This document shows positions 45,567-55,801 of a stretch of 64,000 bases of DNA, in pieces. Source of the DNA: a virus (Duplodnaviria; Heunggongvirae; Uroviricota; Caudoviricetes); the IMG/VR virus record IMGVR_UViG_3300020714_000006. One strand, given 5' to 3'. The translations under genes were made by a program, and so were the position numbers. Below the pieces are notes generated by a model. It had not been told where the DNA came from, searched no databases, and was given only the letters and a program-made list of their open reading frames with translations. The stretch's first letter is position 1, and every line of letters starts with the position of its first letter.

Positions 45567-47008
45567 TCGTCTTCCCTATATTCACCGTCATAACTTTTAA
45601 CCCATGAAATACCATTCCATAGATATTGCGCTCCAGTATATATATTTGTTTGCCAAACCATTACATTTTTTTGTTGACTTGCATTAAATATAATATGCCA
45701 ATGACTTCCAGTCCATTCTATTATATCATTTGCATATGCAATTAAATCTTCACCAAATACTGATTTCCATGCATCTGCACCATCAACATTTATTATATTA
45801 CCAATGTCTTCTACTATAAGAAACCGTGTCCCTGTGTCAACAGGGCGATCTGTCATATCATTATTAGGTCTTTTTGGGTTATATGATAATGGATCTATAA
45901 TAGCATCAAATGTTCCTGTACTATTTGGTCTATGGCTACCTATGTTATTATAATCTGGATATGTATCTAAATTACCATTACTATCTATACCAGTATTTGA
46001 AACTAACGTATCAGGATTCCAAACAACATCTAACACATCAGAATCAAATTCGTTAATTGAAAATGTGCCTACTATCTTTGAACCATCTGGTTGAAATAGA
46101 TAAATCGAACTAATTCCAGCTATATATTTTTCTATATATTGATCGAATAATCCTGTCCATGTAGATGGATGATTTGCTCCACCTATGCCTATGCCTAATA
46201 AAGTTACTTGAGAACCATGTACATTTATTGTAACATCATCAAATGTTATTTCTTCTTTTGACAATATATCAGTGATTGTTATTGTCGAATTGGTGGCATC
46301 TATACCTAATCCTTCAATGTACCCATATGGACTTTCATATGCAGTTTCTTTTATATTTGTAATAATTTTAGTGATAACACCAAGTTGTTTTACTTTTGCT
46401 GGTGCACTTAGCCATATTGGTGTATCAACGGTTAATGTAGCAACATCAATGTTTAAATTTGTTCCAATAGGGATAGATGCACTAGACCACGTTATATCAT
46501 CTAAATTTAATACTGATAAACTAGTCCAATCTAAATAATTATCATTCGTTTGCAATTCTATACTTGGGTTGAAAAATATTAATATTTGTTCTAATATTTG
46601 TAACTTTTGATCAGTGCTAGAAGCCCAAATATCAACTTTCATTGATAATTTAAATGGTGTTGGCATAATTCTTTCAACTGAATATGAACGTCCTTGATTA
46701 CTATTGTATGTATTTGATAATGGATCAACATCTCTATTTCTAAAGTTTAATGTTCCAGTATAAGTAGCATCAGCCATCCTATCTCTATCTAACTTTAATT
46801 CAGTTATATATACGCTAATTCTAGGAACTGAATTTACTACGTTTTCTGAATTTTGTCGCATTATTGATGCAACTTGTCTATCAGCCCCGCCGTAAACAAC
46901 TGGGATTCTATGAAGAGTTCCATCTTCATACTTGACTACAAAATTACTAAAAAATCTAATAGTTTGTGTAAGATATCTTCTTATTTGACCATCATAAAAA
47001 TGTAACAT
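45548..47008 (-). CDS. gp15: Tail sheath stabiliser / tail completion protein (gp15-like)
   Basis: HFYDGQIRRY, IPVVYG, PRISV, QKLQILEQILIFFNPS; adjacent to the neck genes. Confidence 0.78.
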   Translation of the reverse strand: MLHFYDGQIRRYLTQTIRFFSNFVVKYEDGTLHRIPVVYGGADRQVASIMRQNSENVVNSVPRISVYITELKLDRDRMADATYTGTLNFRNRDVDPLSNTYNSNQGRSYSVERIMPTPFKLSMKVDIWASSTDQKLQILEQILIFFNPSIELQTNDNYLDWTSLSVLNLDDITWSSASIPIGTNLNIDVATLTVDTPIWLSAPAKVKQLGVITKIITNIKETAYESPYGYIEGLGIDATNSTITITDILSKEEITFDDVTINVHGSQVTLLGIGIGGANHPSTWTGLFDQYIEKYIAGISSIYLFQPDGSKIVGTFSINEFDSDVLDVVWNPDTLVSNTGIDSNGNLDTYPDYNNIGSHRPNSTGTFDAIIDPLSYNPKRPNNDMTDRPVDTGTRFLIVEDIGNIINVDGADAWKSVFGEDLIAYANDIIEWTGSHWHIIFNASQQKNVMVWQTNIYTGAQYLWNGISWVKSYDGEYREDEWKIVM

Positions 47009-48426
47009 TAAAAGTTCGCCTCTGGTCTAAGTGCTTTAGAAAGACTTTGTTTTTGTGCTTCTCTAAAGTTATATAATGAAACAGTCCACGCGCCAGTATA
47101 CGGGATTGTTTGTTGTTCTGTATTAACAACTGGTAGATTAATGGTAAGTTTTTCAACACCATTTACTAAATGAGTTGTTAATAAATCTGGATTATCTGCA
47201 ATTACATATTCTAATTTAGTTGTTTCTAATTTTAATACAACATATAATGCTGGTATAACATTAATATGTGTGTTAATTATAATATCACCAACTGCTGCAT
47301 TTACAACATCTGCACTAACTTTATCATGATAGGTAAATTCTGTATTATTAATGAAACTTGTTTTTAATGTACGTCTTGTATCAGAATTAGTCATGGACAT
47401 TCTTACCGCATCTTCAACTTTGTTCCATCTTATACCATCAAATCTAAATAATCTATTTGGAAGAAAGTCAGTTCTTAAGAAGAAATCATCGGTAACTGCA
47501 TTATCTGGAAATTGAATTCCAGTTCCAAAATAATATCCATTTACTGGGAATCCATCACCAACCAAATATCCAGTATATCCAGATCTTACAGGTCTGCCAT
47601 TATTTTCACTAGCCAAGAATGATGAATTACTAGCATCCATTATTGTGTCACTTGCTGTTTCGATAATAGGTGAACCGGTAGAATCAATTGCTAATGTATA
47701 GAATTGTCTAGTTTCATATCCACTAAATGGAGCATCGGCATCTGCTTGATTTATTACTGCATCGTTTATTTCTAACTCTCTCGCACGAGTGCTTATTAAA
47801 TCACGAATAGTAACAGATGTATTTTCACCTGCTGGTAAATCAAGTATTTCAGCAAATTGTTGACTATCTGTCATTTTAGTGGTTCTTAATCTATATAAAT
47901 GTGGATACCATGTTGCACTAAATCCTTCACTAGCACGACCTACATCTTCAATAACATAATAACGTGGCAAACTAAAATCAAAATCATTTAATGCAAAGTC
48001 ATCTTTTAAGTGTGGGAGTTCCAATACATCACCACTTATTGGTTTACGACCAACATAATTAATAAAATCATTTATATGAACAGTCATATATAATGTATCG
48101 TTATCAATAAACATCCCAAATTGACTTAAATTGAAATCAATATTTTGAACATTATAATATCCTCTGATACGATAAATCTCTGGATCATAATGTCTATCAC
48201 GATTTTCTAATAATAACATATCCTGTATATTAGTTGTGGTAACTGATGAATATATTGGTTGGTCAGGTGAACCAGAAGTTGCTATTTGTGGTCCTAAATA
48301 TTTATGAACATATATTGAAGTGCCACCAACTTGAAACATTCTACTTATTTGACGATCTATAAACTTATAATTATTGCCCTTCTCAGGCTTAAACATACTT
48401 AACTTTGGCACATTAATCTCCGGCAC
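47008..48426 (-). CDS. gp14: Neck / head-closure protein (gp14-like)
   Basis: IQDMLLLENRDRHYD, DFNLSQFGMF, GRKPISGDVLELPHL; GTG start. Confidence 0.7.
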   Translation of the reverse strand: MPEINVPKLSMFKPEKGNNYKFIDRQISRMFQVGGTSIYVHKYLGPQIATSGSPDQPIYSSVTTTNIQDMLLLENRDRHYDPEIYRIRGYYNVQNIDFNLSQFGMFIDNDTLYMTVHINDFINYVGRKPISGDVLELPHLKDDFALNDFDFSLPRYYVIEDVGRASEGFSATWYPHLYRLRTTKMTDSQQFAEILDLPAGENTSVTIRDLISTRARELEINDAVINQADADAPFSGYETRQFYTLAIDSTGSPIIETASDTIMDASNSSFLASENNGRPVRSGYTGYLVGDGFPVNGYYFGTGIQFPDNAVTDDFFLRTDFLPNRLFRFDGIRWNKVEDAVRMSMTNSDTRRTLKTSFINNTEFTYHDKVSADVVNAAVGDIIINTHINVIPALYVVLKLETTKLEYVIADNPDLLTTHLVNGVEKLTINLPVVNTEQQTIPYTGAWTVSLYNFREAQKQSLSKALRPEANF

Positions 48427-48432
48427 ATATGG

Positions 48433-48449
48433 TATTTATCTGATAAATA
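48433..48449. promoter_or_regulatory. Back-to-back palindromic late promoters
   Basis: TATTTATC-T-GATAAATA between the divergent gp14-like and gp13-like genes. Confidence 0.75.
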
Positions 48450-48465
48450 TAGTTGGAGAACCATT

Positions 48466-49251
48466 ATGACAGAACTACTTACAGATACAACCACAACTTC
48501 AACTATTGAACGAAATAAAGTTTTTGAATATGTAAAAACAATGTTGGGCAACGGTATGATTGACATTGACCTTGATCCTATTCACATGGAAACAGCACTT
48601 GATAGAGCATTAACCAGATTTAGACAACGCAGTCCAAATGCAGTAGAAGAAAGTTATAGTTTCCTAGAATTAATACAAGATCAAAATGAATATAGATTAC
48701 CAGATGAAATCATCGAAGTTCGTCAAGTATTTCGTAGAGCAGTAGGCTCTAGAACTGGTATGGGAGCTGGTGGTACATTATTTGAACCATTTAACTTAGC
48801 TTATACCAATACTTACATGATGAGTGGTAGTATGATGGGTGGATTAGCAACATATGAGATGTTTGCTGGTTATCAAAAGTTAGTTGGAAGAATGTTTGGT
48901 AGTTATATAGAATTCAAATGGAAACCAACTAGTCATCTATTAGATATATTACAAAGACCATTTGCACAAGGTGAACAGATCTTAATTCAATCGTATAACT
49001 ATCGCCCTGATTACGTTTTATTACAAGATATATATGCTAAGCAATGGCTACGCGATTACACCTTAGCTACTTGTAAAATGATTTTAGGTGAAGCAAGAAG
49101 TTTATTTGCTAGCATTGCTGGACCAACTGGCTCTATACAACTAAATGGAAACGACCTTAAAACTGCCGCTAAAGAAGAACTTGCAGCACTGGATAAAGAA
49201 TTAGAATTGCTAATATCTGGCGGGACAGGATTGTATTTTGTGTTAGGTTGA
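48466..49251 (+). CDS. gp13: Neck protein / head-tail adaptor (gp13-like)
   Basis: LGNGMIDIDL, WLRDYTLATCKMILGEARSLF...GPTGSIQLNG. Confidence 0.8.
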   Translation: MTELLTDTTTTSTIERNKVFEYVKTMLGNGMIDIDLDPIHMETALDRALTRFRQRSPNAVEESYSFLELIQDQNEYRLPDEIIEVRQVFRRAVGSRTGMGAGGTLFEPFNLAYTNTYMMSGSMMGGLATYEMFAGYQKLVGRMFGSYIEFKWKPTSHLLDILQRPFAQGEQILIQSYNYRPDYVLLQDIYAKQWLRDYTLATCKMILGEARSLFASIAGPTGSIQLNGNDLKTAAKEELAALDKELELLISGGTGLYFVLG

Positions 49252-49253
49252 TC

Positions 49254-49282
49254 TTGACAAACTTTAATATTTTTGGTATAAT
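49254..49282 (+). promoter_or_regulatory. Sigma70-type promoter for the dNMP kinase gene
   Basis: TTGACA (49254-49259), 17 bp spacer, TG-N-TATAAT (49277-49282). Confidence 0.85.
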
Positions 49283-49303
49283 ATCCTTAATTAAGGAGAT
49301 ATA

Positions 49304-49948
49304 ATGATTATAGGAATAGTTGGGTCAATCGGATCGGGTAAGGATACAGTAGCAGATTATCTATCAAACTTTCACGAATTTCGTCGTGAATCATTTGCTG
49401 CAAGTTTAAAAGATGTAATCTCAATTATATTTGGATGGGATAGAACCTTACTTGAAGGACGTACAAAACAATCACGCGCGTGGCGAGAAGAAGTGGATAC
49501 CTGGTGGGCTAATAGATTGGATATACCTCATTTAACCCCTCGATGGGTTTTACAACATTTTGCAACTGAAGTATGTCGTGAAAAATTTCATGATGATATA
49601 TGGATAGCTAGTTTAGAAAAAAAATTACTTACAAATACTGATAATTTGGTAATTACTGATTGTAGATTTCCAAATGAAATTCAATCTATACAAAATGCTG
49701 GTGGTAAGATTATTAGAATAAATCGAGGTTCGGCTCCAGAATGGGCATCATATGTACCTGATGCCTTGAAAAGTGACTTGACTTCAATAACAATATTAAC
49801 AGATAACTATGGAATACATCAAAGTGAATGGATATGGTATGGTGTAAATTTTGATTTAGTTATTGATAACAATGGAACTATTGATGAGTTACATAATCAA
49901 ATAAATGATTTTATAAATCTGGAGTCAGATCGCCCTGTCTCCAACTAA
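49304..49948 (+). CDS. gp1: Deoxynucleoside monophosphate kinase (gp1-like)
   Basis: IIGIVGSIGSGKDTVA P-loop, SFAASLKD, TPRWVLQ, VITDCRFPNE, IDNNGTIDEL. Confidence 0.9.
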   Translation: MIIGIVGSIGSGKDTVADYLSNFHEFRRESFAASLKDVISIIFGWDRTLLEGRTKQSRAWREEVDTWWANRLDIPHLTPRWVLQHFATEVCREKFHDDIWIASLEKKLLTNTDNLVITDCRFPNEIQSIQNAGGKIIRINRGSAPEWASYVPDALKSDLTSITILTDNYGIHQSEWIWYGVNFDLVIDNNGTIDELHNQINDFINLESDRPVSN

Positions 49949-50240
49949 CCCCGTCCCTATGCAAACTTCTCTGACAATTTGCACAAACAGTCTTTAAATT
50001 ACTCGGTCTACAATTATTCAAATCTCCATCCACGTGAAACACTGAAAATATTTCAATGTATGGTGATTTGAACCCGCATTTATCACAATGATTTTTTAAT
50101 CGATACCCAGCCTTATACCATCTACAAATCCTAGGCTTTCCTTTCAAGCACTGTTCACATACTTTTCTGTAATACTTCTTTCCATTTTTAATATAGTTAA
50201 TTGCAGCTGGTCTACAGCCACATACGCATAGTGGTCTCAT
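49911..50240 (-). CDS. Small zinc-binding HNH protein
   Basis: CxC/CxxC clusters; HVDGDLNNCRPSNLKTVCANC; TGTAAATA 4 nt before ATG 50240. Confidence 0.75.
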   Translation of the reverse strand: MRPLCVCGCRPAAINYIKNGKKYYRKVCEQCLKGKPRICRWYKAGYRLKNHCDKCGFKSPYIEIFSVFHVDGDLNNCRPSNLKTVCANCQRSLHRDGVSWRQGDLTPDL

Positions 50241-50349
50241 CTTGTATTTACAAAAGTTTAACCTTTTTTTCCCTTTTAAAGCACTAATATCAGCCATAAA
50301 ATTTAAAAAAAGCCTAAATATAAGATAGAAAGTTCATGGAGAATATATT

Positions 50350-53300
50350 ATGGCTCAACTACAATCACCAGGCGTAAGTGTAACAGTAATAGACGAAAGT
50401 TTTTATACACCTGCCGCACCTGGAACAGTTCCTTTAATCGTTGTTGCTTCGGAAGAAAGCAAACCAAATGGCGCAGGTACCGGTGTTGCCCCTGGTACAT
50501 TAAAAGCAAATGCTGGTCAAGTTTATTTATTGACTAGTCAAAAAGATTTATCTGATACATTTGGAACACCGATGTTTCAAACAGATGCAAATAACAATCC
50601 TATTCACGCGGGCGAATTAAATGAATATGGTTTACAAGCAGCTTACAGTTTCTTAGGTGTTAGTAATAGTGCATATGTTGTTCGTGCTGATCTAGACCTA
50701 TCACAATTGACAGAATCAACTCAAACCCCAGCTGGATTACCTGCTGATGGATCAACATGGATTGATACTGCTGATACACAATTTGGTATTTTTCAATGGA
50801 ATTCATCACCTGCTTCAACATTGGGTGGACAAACATTTACTGTTCAAAAACCAGCTGTTATTACTGAAAATACTTTATTAGATGATATGGGTGCACCTAA
50901 AACTAGTTTTGGTGCAATTGGTAGCTATGCAATTGTCGCAACTACAAGTTTAATTACCGTATGGTTTAAAAAACCTGCAACAACAGTCGCTTCACCAGTT
51001 CAATGGGTAGAAGTTGGTAGTTCAGAATGGGTTGCAAGTTGGCCAACTGCGCAAGGCAACAGCTTACAAAGTAGTATTACTTTATTATCTGGGGATGTGT
51101 TTACTATTAATACACATGATATCACAACTGTTACATCATTGACTGATATAGTAACGCAAATTAATACAGGTGGAACAAATGGTGCACCATTAGTTTCTGG
51201 AATTAGTGCAGCTATTATACAAAATAAATTACAAATTTATTCAACTGGTGTAAATGTAATTCTTGCTGGGTCAAGTATTACTAAAGTTGGTTTAACTGTT
51301 GGTACATATTTGGCACCAGCATTAAGTATAGCACCACATACACAAGTTCCAACATATAAAATTACTGATAATTCAAGTATTGCTGGCATTCCAACTGGCT
51401 CAATTTGGGTGAAAACAACAACACCTAACGCAGGTGCACATTGGATTGTTAATATATATAACTCAAAAGCTGGTTCATGGAGTTCAGTAACTGCTCCATT
51501 ATATGCAAATAATTTATCTGCATTACACTCGATGGATTCAACTGGTGGTGGAAACAACCTAGCTATTAATACATTGTATGTAAAATTTAATGATTCTGAA
51601 ACATTTGCAACAGAAAACAATATAAGCTATCCAAAATATGCTGATTTCAAATTATATCGTCGTAGTGCAGTTGGTGCAACAGCAATTACATCTGCAATTA
51701 TTACATCTGCATTGTTAAGTCCTAATACATATACATTTACAGTTCAAGAAAGTGTTATTGGAAGTGGTGCATTTAATTCTGCAATTACAATCTCATTTAC
51801 GGTAACTTTAGGTGATACTGGACCAACTGTTGCTGATGCAATTGCTAGTGCAATAAACTCAGCTGGGTTTACAAATATTGTAGCAGTAGTAAATGGTTCT
51901 AATCAAGTTGTAGTTAGTCATTTAACAGGTGGTGATTTTAAATTAGTTGATGGAACACAAACACCATTAACCTCTTTATTCTCAACTACAAGAACAGCTA
52001 ACTTCTACGCAGATCCAACAGGAAATTCAGGTGAATATGTTGCTAGTAACTGGACAGCATTAAATGATACTAAAACAGGTTCATTTGCTATACCAAGTCC
52101 AAGTGCACCAACATCATTAACTACTGATGGAACATTATGGTATAACGGTAATATTGAAGAAGTAGATATCTTAATTCATAATGGAACAACTTGGGTTGGA
52201 TATTTAGATTCAACTGCGCAAACAATTAACCAAGCAGGTATCACAGATCCATTACCAACTGACCCAATGGGACCAATTGTTAGTGCATCAGAACCTACTA
52301 CACAACAAGATGGCGTATCAGCTCTTGCAAATGGTGATTTATGGATTAGTACAGCTAATTTAGAAAAATATCCATTAATATACAGATATGATTTCATTAC
52401 TAAAAAATGGAATTTATTAGATAACAGTGATCAAACAACAGAAAATGGCATAGTATTCCATGATGCTAGATGGTCAACAGGTCCAGGGACTGGCACTGAA
52501 GGTGCTAATCCAGCCTCAATTACAACATTGTTAACAAGTAACTTTTTAGATTTTGATGCACCAGATCCAGCATTATATCCAAAAGGAATGTTGTTATGGA
52601 ATCTTCGTAGAAGTGGATTCAATGTTAAAAAGTTTGTTCAAAATTATGTTGATATATTAGATACTAATACTCGTTATAATAATAATGAACCAATGACTAA
52701 CTATTATCCACATCGTTGGGTATCTGATGCAGCTAATCAAGCTGATGGTTCAGGATCATTTGGTAGAATGGCACAAAGAACTGTTGTTTTACAAGCAATG
52801 ACTGCATTAATTAACAGCAATCAATCTATTCGTGATGAAGATAGCAAATTATTTAATTTATTAGCAGCACCTGGATATCCAGAATTAATTAAACCACTTG
52901 TTAATTTAAATTATGACCGTGGATTAACTGCGTTTATTGTTGGTGATTCACCAGCAAGATTAACACCAGATGCTACATCATTAAGTAATTGGGGTAATAA
53001 TGTTAACAATGCATTAGGTGATGGTGATGAAGGATTAGTAACAACTGATCCATACTTAGGTGTATTCTATCCTTGGGGTTATAGCACTGATAATATGGGT
53101 AATAACATTTCTGTTCCACCTAGTCACATTATGTTAAGAACTATCGCATTAAGTGATAATGTAAGTTATCCATGGTTTGCACCAGCTGGTGTTCGTCGTG
53201 GTGGAATTACTAATGCTTCAGCGGTTGGATACATTACTGCAGAAGGTGAATTTAATTCAGTAGCATTGAATATTGGACAACGTGACACGTTAGCAAACAT

Positions 53301-53709
53301 TCATGTAAATCCATTAACTTATATTTCTGGAACAGGGTTAGTTAACTACGGTCAAAAAACACGCCAATTAGTTGCTAGTTCATTAGATAGAATTAATGTT
53401 TCTAGATTAGTAGTTTATTTACGTGTTCAATTGGCAAGAATTGCAAAACCTTATATTTTTGAACCAAATGATACACAAACACGTAATGAAATTAAACAAC
53501 AAATAGAAAGTTTCTTACTAGAATTAGTGGGACAACGTGCATTATATGATTTCTTAGTAGTATGTGATACATCAAATAACACACCATCAAGAATCGATGC
53601 AAATGAACTTTATGTTGATATTGCAATAGAGCCAGTAAAAGCAGTGGAATTTATATACATTCCATTACGTTTAGAGAACACTGGTGCCATTGCTAAATTG
53701 GGTAAATAA
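50350..53709 (+). CDS. gp18: Tail sheath protein (gp18-like), enlarged
   Basis: LQSPGVSVTVIDES, YPWFAPAGVRRG, LDRINVSRL, FEPNDTQTR, IEPVKAVEFIYIPLR. Confidence 0.93.
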   Translation: MAQLQSPGVSVTVIDESFYTPAAPGTVPLIVVASEESKPNGAGTGVAPGTLKANAGQVYLLTSQKDLSDTFGTPMFQTDANNNPIHAGELNEYGLQAAYSFLGVSNSAYVVRADLDLSQLTESTQTPAGLPADGSTWIDTADTQFGIFQWNSSPASTLGGQTFTVQKPAVITENTLLDDMGAPKTSFGAIGSYAIVATTSLITVWFKKPATTVASPVQWVEVGSSEWVASWPTAQGNSLQSSITLLSGDVFTINTHDITTVTSLTDIVTQINTGGTNGAPLVSGISAAIIQNKLQIYSTGVNVILAGSSITKVGLTVGTYLAPALSIAPHTQVPTYKITDNSSIAGIPTGSIWVKTTTPNAGAHWIVNIYNSKAGSWSSVTAPLYANNLSALHSMDSTGGGNNLAINTLYVKFNDSETFATENNISYPKYADFKLYRRSAVGATAITSAIITSALLSPNTYTFTVQESVIGSGAFNSAITISFTVTLGDTGPTVADAIASAINSAGFTNIVAVVNGSNQVVVSHLTGGDFKLVDGTQTPLTSLFSTTRTANFYADPTGNSGEYVASNWTALNDTKTGSFAIPSPSAPTSLTTDGTLWYNGNIEEVDILIHNGTTWVGYLDSTAQTINQAGITDPLPTDPMGPIVSASEPTTQQDGVSALANGDLWISTANLEKYPLIYRYDFITKKWNLLDNSDQTTENGIVFHDARWSTGPGTGTEGANPASITTLLTSNFLDFDAPDPALYPKGMLLWNLRRSGFNVKKFVQNYVDILDTNTRYNNNEPMTNYYPHRWVSDAANQADGSGSFGRMAQRTVVLQAMTALINSNQSIRDEDSKLFNLLAAPGYPELIKPLVNLNYDRGLTAFIVGDSPARLTPDATSLSNWGNNVNNALGDGDEGLVTTDPYLGVFYPWGYSTDNMGNNISVPPSHIMLRTIALSDNVSYPWFAPAGVRRGGITNASAVGYITAEGEFNSVALNIGQRDTLANIHVNPLTYISGTGLVNYGQKTRQLVASSLDRINVSRLVVYLRVQLARIAKPYIFEPNDTQTRNEIKQQIESFLLELVGQRALYDFLVVCDTSNNTPSRIDANELYVDIAIEPVKAVEFIYIPLRLENTGAIAKLGK

Positions 53710-53723
53710 ATTAGGAGAATAAA

Positions 53724-54356
53724 ATGGCAATTGCAGCATTATCAAACTTTACAGTACCGCTAGCCTCTGATCAGAGTGCTAGCACCCAAGGCTTATTAAT
53801 GCCTAAACTAGCATATCGTTTCAGAGTTTCATTAGAAAACTTTGGAACATCTGGTAGCACAACTGAACTTACTAAACAGGTAGCAGAAGCAGGAAGACCG
53901 AAAGTTGAATTTGAATCACAAACAATTGATGTCTATAACAGCAAAGTTTACTATGCTGGTAAACCAAAATGGTCAACAATCACTGTAAAATTACGTGATG
54001 ACGTTACTGGTGCGGTTAGTAAATTAGTTGGTGAACAAAACCAAAAACAATTTGATTTCTTTGAACAAAGTTCAGCAGCATCAGCTGGTGATTATAAATT
54101 TACTATGAGAATAGAAATGTTAGATGGTGGAAATGGCGCCGACACTCCAAATGTTTTAGAAACATGGGAATGTTATGGATGCTTTATCCAAACTACTGAC
54201 TGGAATGCACAGGCATTATCATATAAAGAAAATGGACCAGCAATGATTTCATTAATAATTCAAATGGATAATGCAGTTCAAAAAGGTGCTTCAGCAGGAT
54301 TAGGTGTACCAGGATTGGTACAACCACGTGGAACAACAAACGCTCTAGGAGCTTAA
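53724..54356 (+). CDS. gp19: Tail tube protein (gp19-like)
   Basis: LMPKLAYRFRV, YYAGKPKWSTITVKLRDD, ETWECYGCF; follows the sheath gene. Confidence 0.85.
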   Translation: MAIAALSNFTVPLASDQSASTQGLLMPKLAYRFRVSLENFGTSGSTTELTKQVAEAGRPKVEFESQTIDVYNSKVYYAGKPKWSTITVKLRDDVTGAVSKLVGEQNQKQFDFFEQSSAASAGDYKFTMRIEMLDGGNGADTPNVLETWECYGCFIQTTDWNAQALSYKENGPAMISLIIQMDNAVQKGASAGLGVPGLVQPRGTTNALGA

Positions 54357-54364
54357 TGTAATAT

Positions 54365-54388
54365 AACCCACCGAAAGGTGGGTTTTTT
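54365..54388 (+). terminator. Rho-independent terminator
   Basis: AACCCACC-GAAA-GGTGGGTTTTTT. Confidence 0.9.
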
Positions 54389-54435
54389 ACGTCTGTTCTA
54401 TTAACTACCTAGTTAATTAATTGAATAAATACTAT

Positions 54436-55431
54436 ATGGCATTTACTCCTAATAAATTTTTACAAGATGATTCTAATATATATCTGCGTGATCAAGAACA
54501 CGCGGCACGGCTGTTTGTTGACGATCAATTTAGATTAGCACCAAAGCAAAAATTTTTATTTCATGTTGCGTTTAATATAAATCCAGCTGCTTGTAAAGAT
54601 GCAAGTTTGATACAACGTCATAAAAATGAAATTAATATGCTTGTTAAAGACATTAGTTTACCTAGTTTTACAATTAATCAAGATTTAGTTAATCAATATA
54701 ATAGAAAAAAAGCTATACAATATCAACATATTCCAGGTGAAGTTTCTATAACATTTCATGATGATAATATGGGTTTGATTAATAAAGTTTGGCAAAATTA
54801 TTATAGTTATTATTATGCAGATTCTACTACAGCAACAGTTTCTGGAACATATAATAGAACAGCAACTAAAAATTCAAATTATATTACAAGAACATATGGA
54901 TTAGATAATGGAAGTACATCCCCATTTTTTAATTATATTACAATTTATCAGATGGCTAGACATGAATATGTTAGCTATAAACTAATAAATCCAATAATAA
55001 AATCTTGGGATCATAATAAATTAGATTATGCCACAACTCAAACAAATGACTTTACTATGAAATTACAATGTGAAGCAATAACGTATGATTCTGGAATGGT
55101 CTCTGATGGAACTGTTGAAGGATTTGCAGTTGAACATTATGATAATACACCAAGTCCATTAACTGGAAGTGTAAATAATACATCAGCCAGTCCAACATTT
55201 GTAAATCAACCTACTGCCGTTACTAATAATTCGGCGTTAAATACAATATTTCAACAAATTAATACATATCAGAATACAAAGGGATTAAATAATGCTGGGA
55301 CAAAGGGAGTAATAAATAACTTAGCTAGTATTACTACACAAGGTGTAAATGGAATTCAAGGTATTGCATTTCCGACTCCAGTAACAAATAATCAACCTAC
55401 CGTAGCAAAGCTAATTAATTTAGGAAAATAA
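54436..55431 (+). CDS. Tube-fold baseplate/tail junction protein (gp54/gp48-like)
   Basis: LVKDISLPSF, NQYNRK, ITFHDDN, LINPIIKSWDH; AATAAATA 4 nt before ATG 54436. Confidence 0.65.
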   Translation: MAFTPNKFLQDDSNIYLRDQEHAARLFVDDQFRLAPKQKFLFHVAFNINPAACKDASLIQRHKNEINMLVKDISLPSFTINQDLVNQYNRKKAIQYQHIPGEVSITFHDDNMGLINKVWQNYYSYYYADSTTATVSGTYNRTATKNSNYITRTYGLDNGSTSPFFNYITIYQMARHEYVSYKLINPIIKSWDHNKLDYATTQTNDFTMKLQCEAITYDSGMVSDGTVEGFAVEHYDNTPSPLTGSVNNTSASPTFVNQPTAVTNNSALNTIFQQINTYQNTKGLNNAGTKGVINNLASITTQGVNGIQGIAFPTPVTNNQPTVAKLINLGK

Positions 55432-55800
55432 ATGTCTAGTAATTTACCAATGACACAAGTTGTAGATAGTTCTACAAATGTAAAACAATTCTTTGATAAT
55501 TTTTTCAATCATCAAGTTACATTCCCAAGTAATCAAATAGATGCAACAGTTGGATTCTTTCTTAAAAGAGATTTTGATTTAGAAAGTGCTAGATCTACTG
55601 CTATTGTTTTACTTAACCAAGCTAGAATAGATAATGTTAATGTATTTGAATTAATAGATACACTAAAATCACTTACCAATGTACAACTAAGTCAAATTGT
55701 TGCACAAGTATTAAATGCATCTCGTGAAAAAACAAGCCAATTAGGTTATAGAATCGCACCAATAGTAAATCAATATGAGGCTAGAAACATTCTAGTATAA
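55432..55800 (+). CDS. Hypothetical protein
   Basis: 122-aa ORF directly abutting its neighbours. Confidence 0.65.
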   Translation: MSSNLPMTQVVDSSTNVKQFFDNFFNHQVTFPSNQIDATVGFFLKRDFDLESARSTAIVLLNQARIDNVNVFELIDTLKSLTNVQLSQIVAQVLNASREKTSQLGYRIAPIVNQYEARNILV

Positions 55801-55801
55801 T

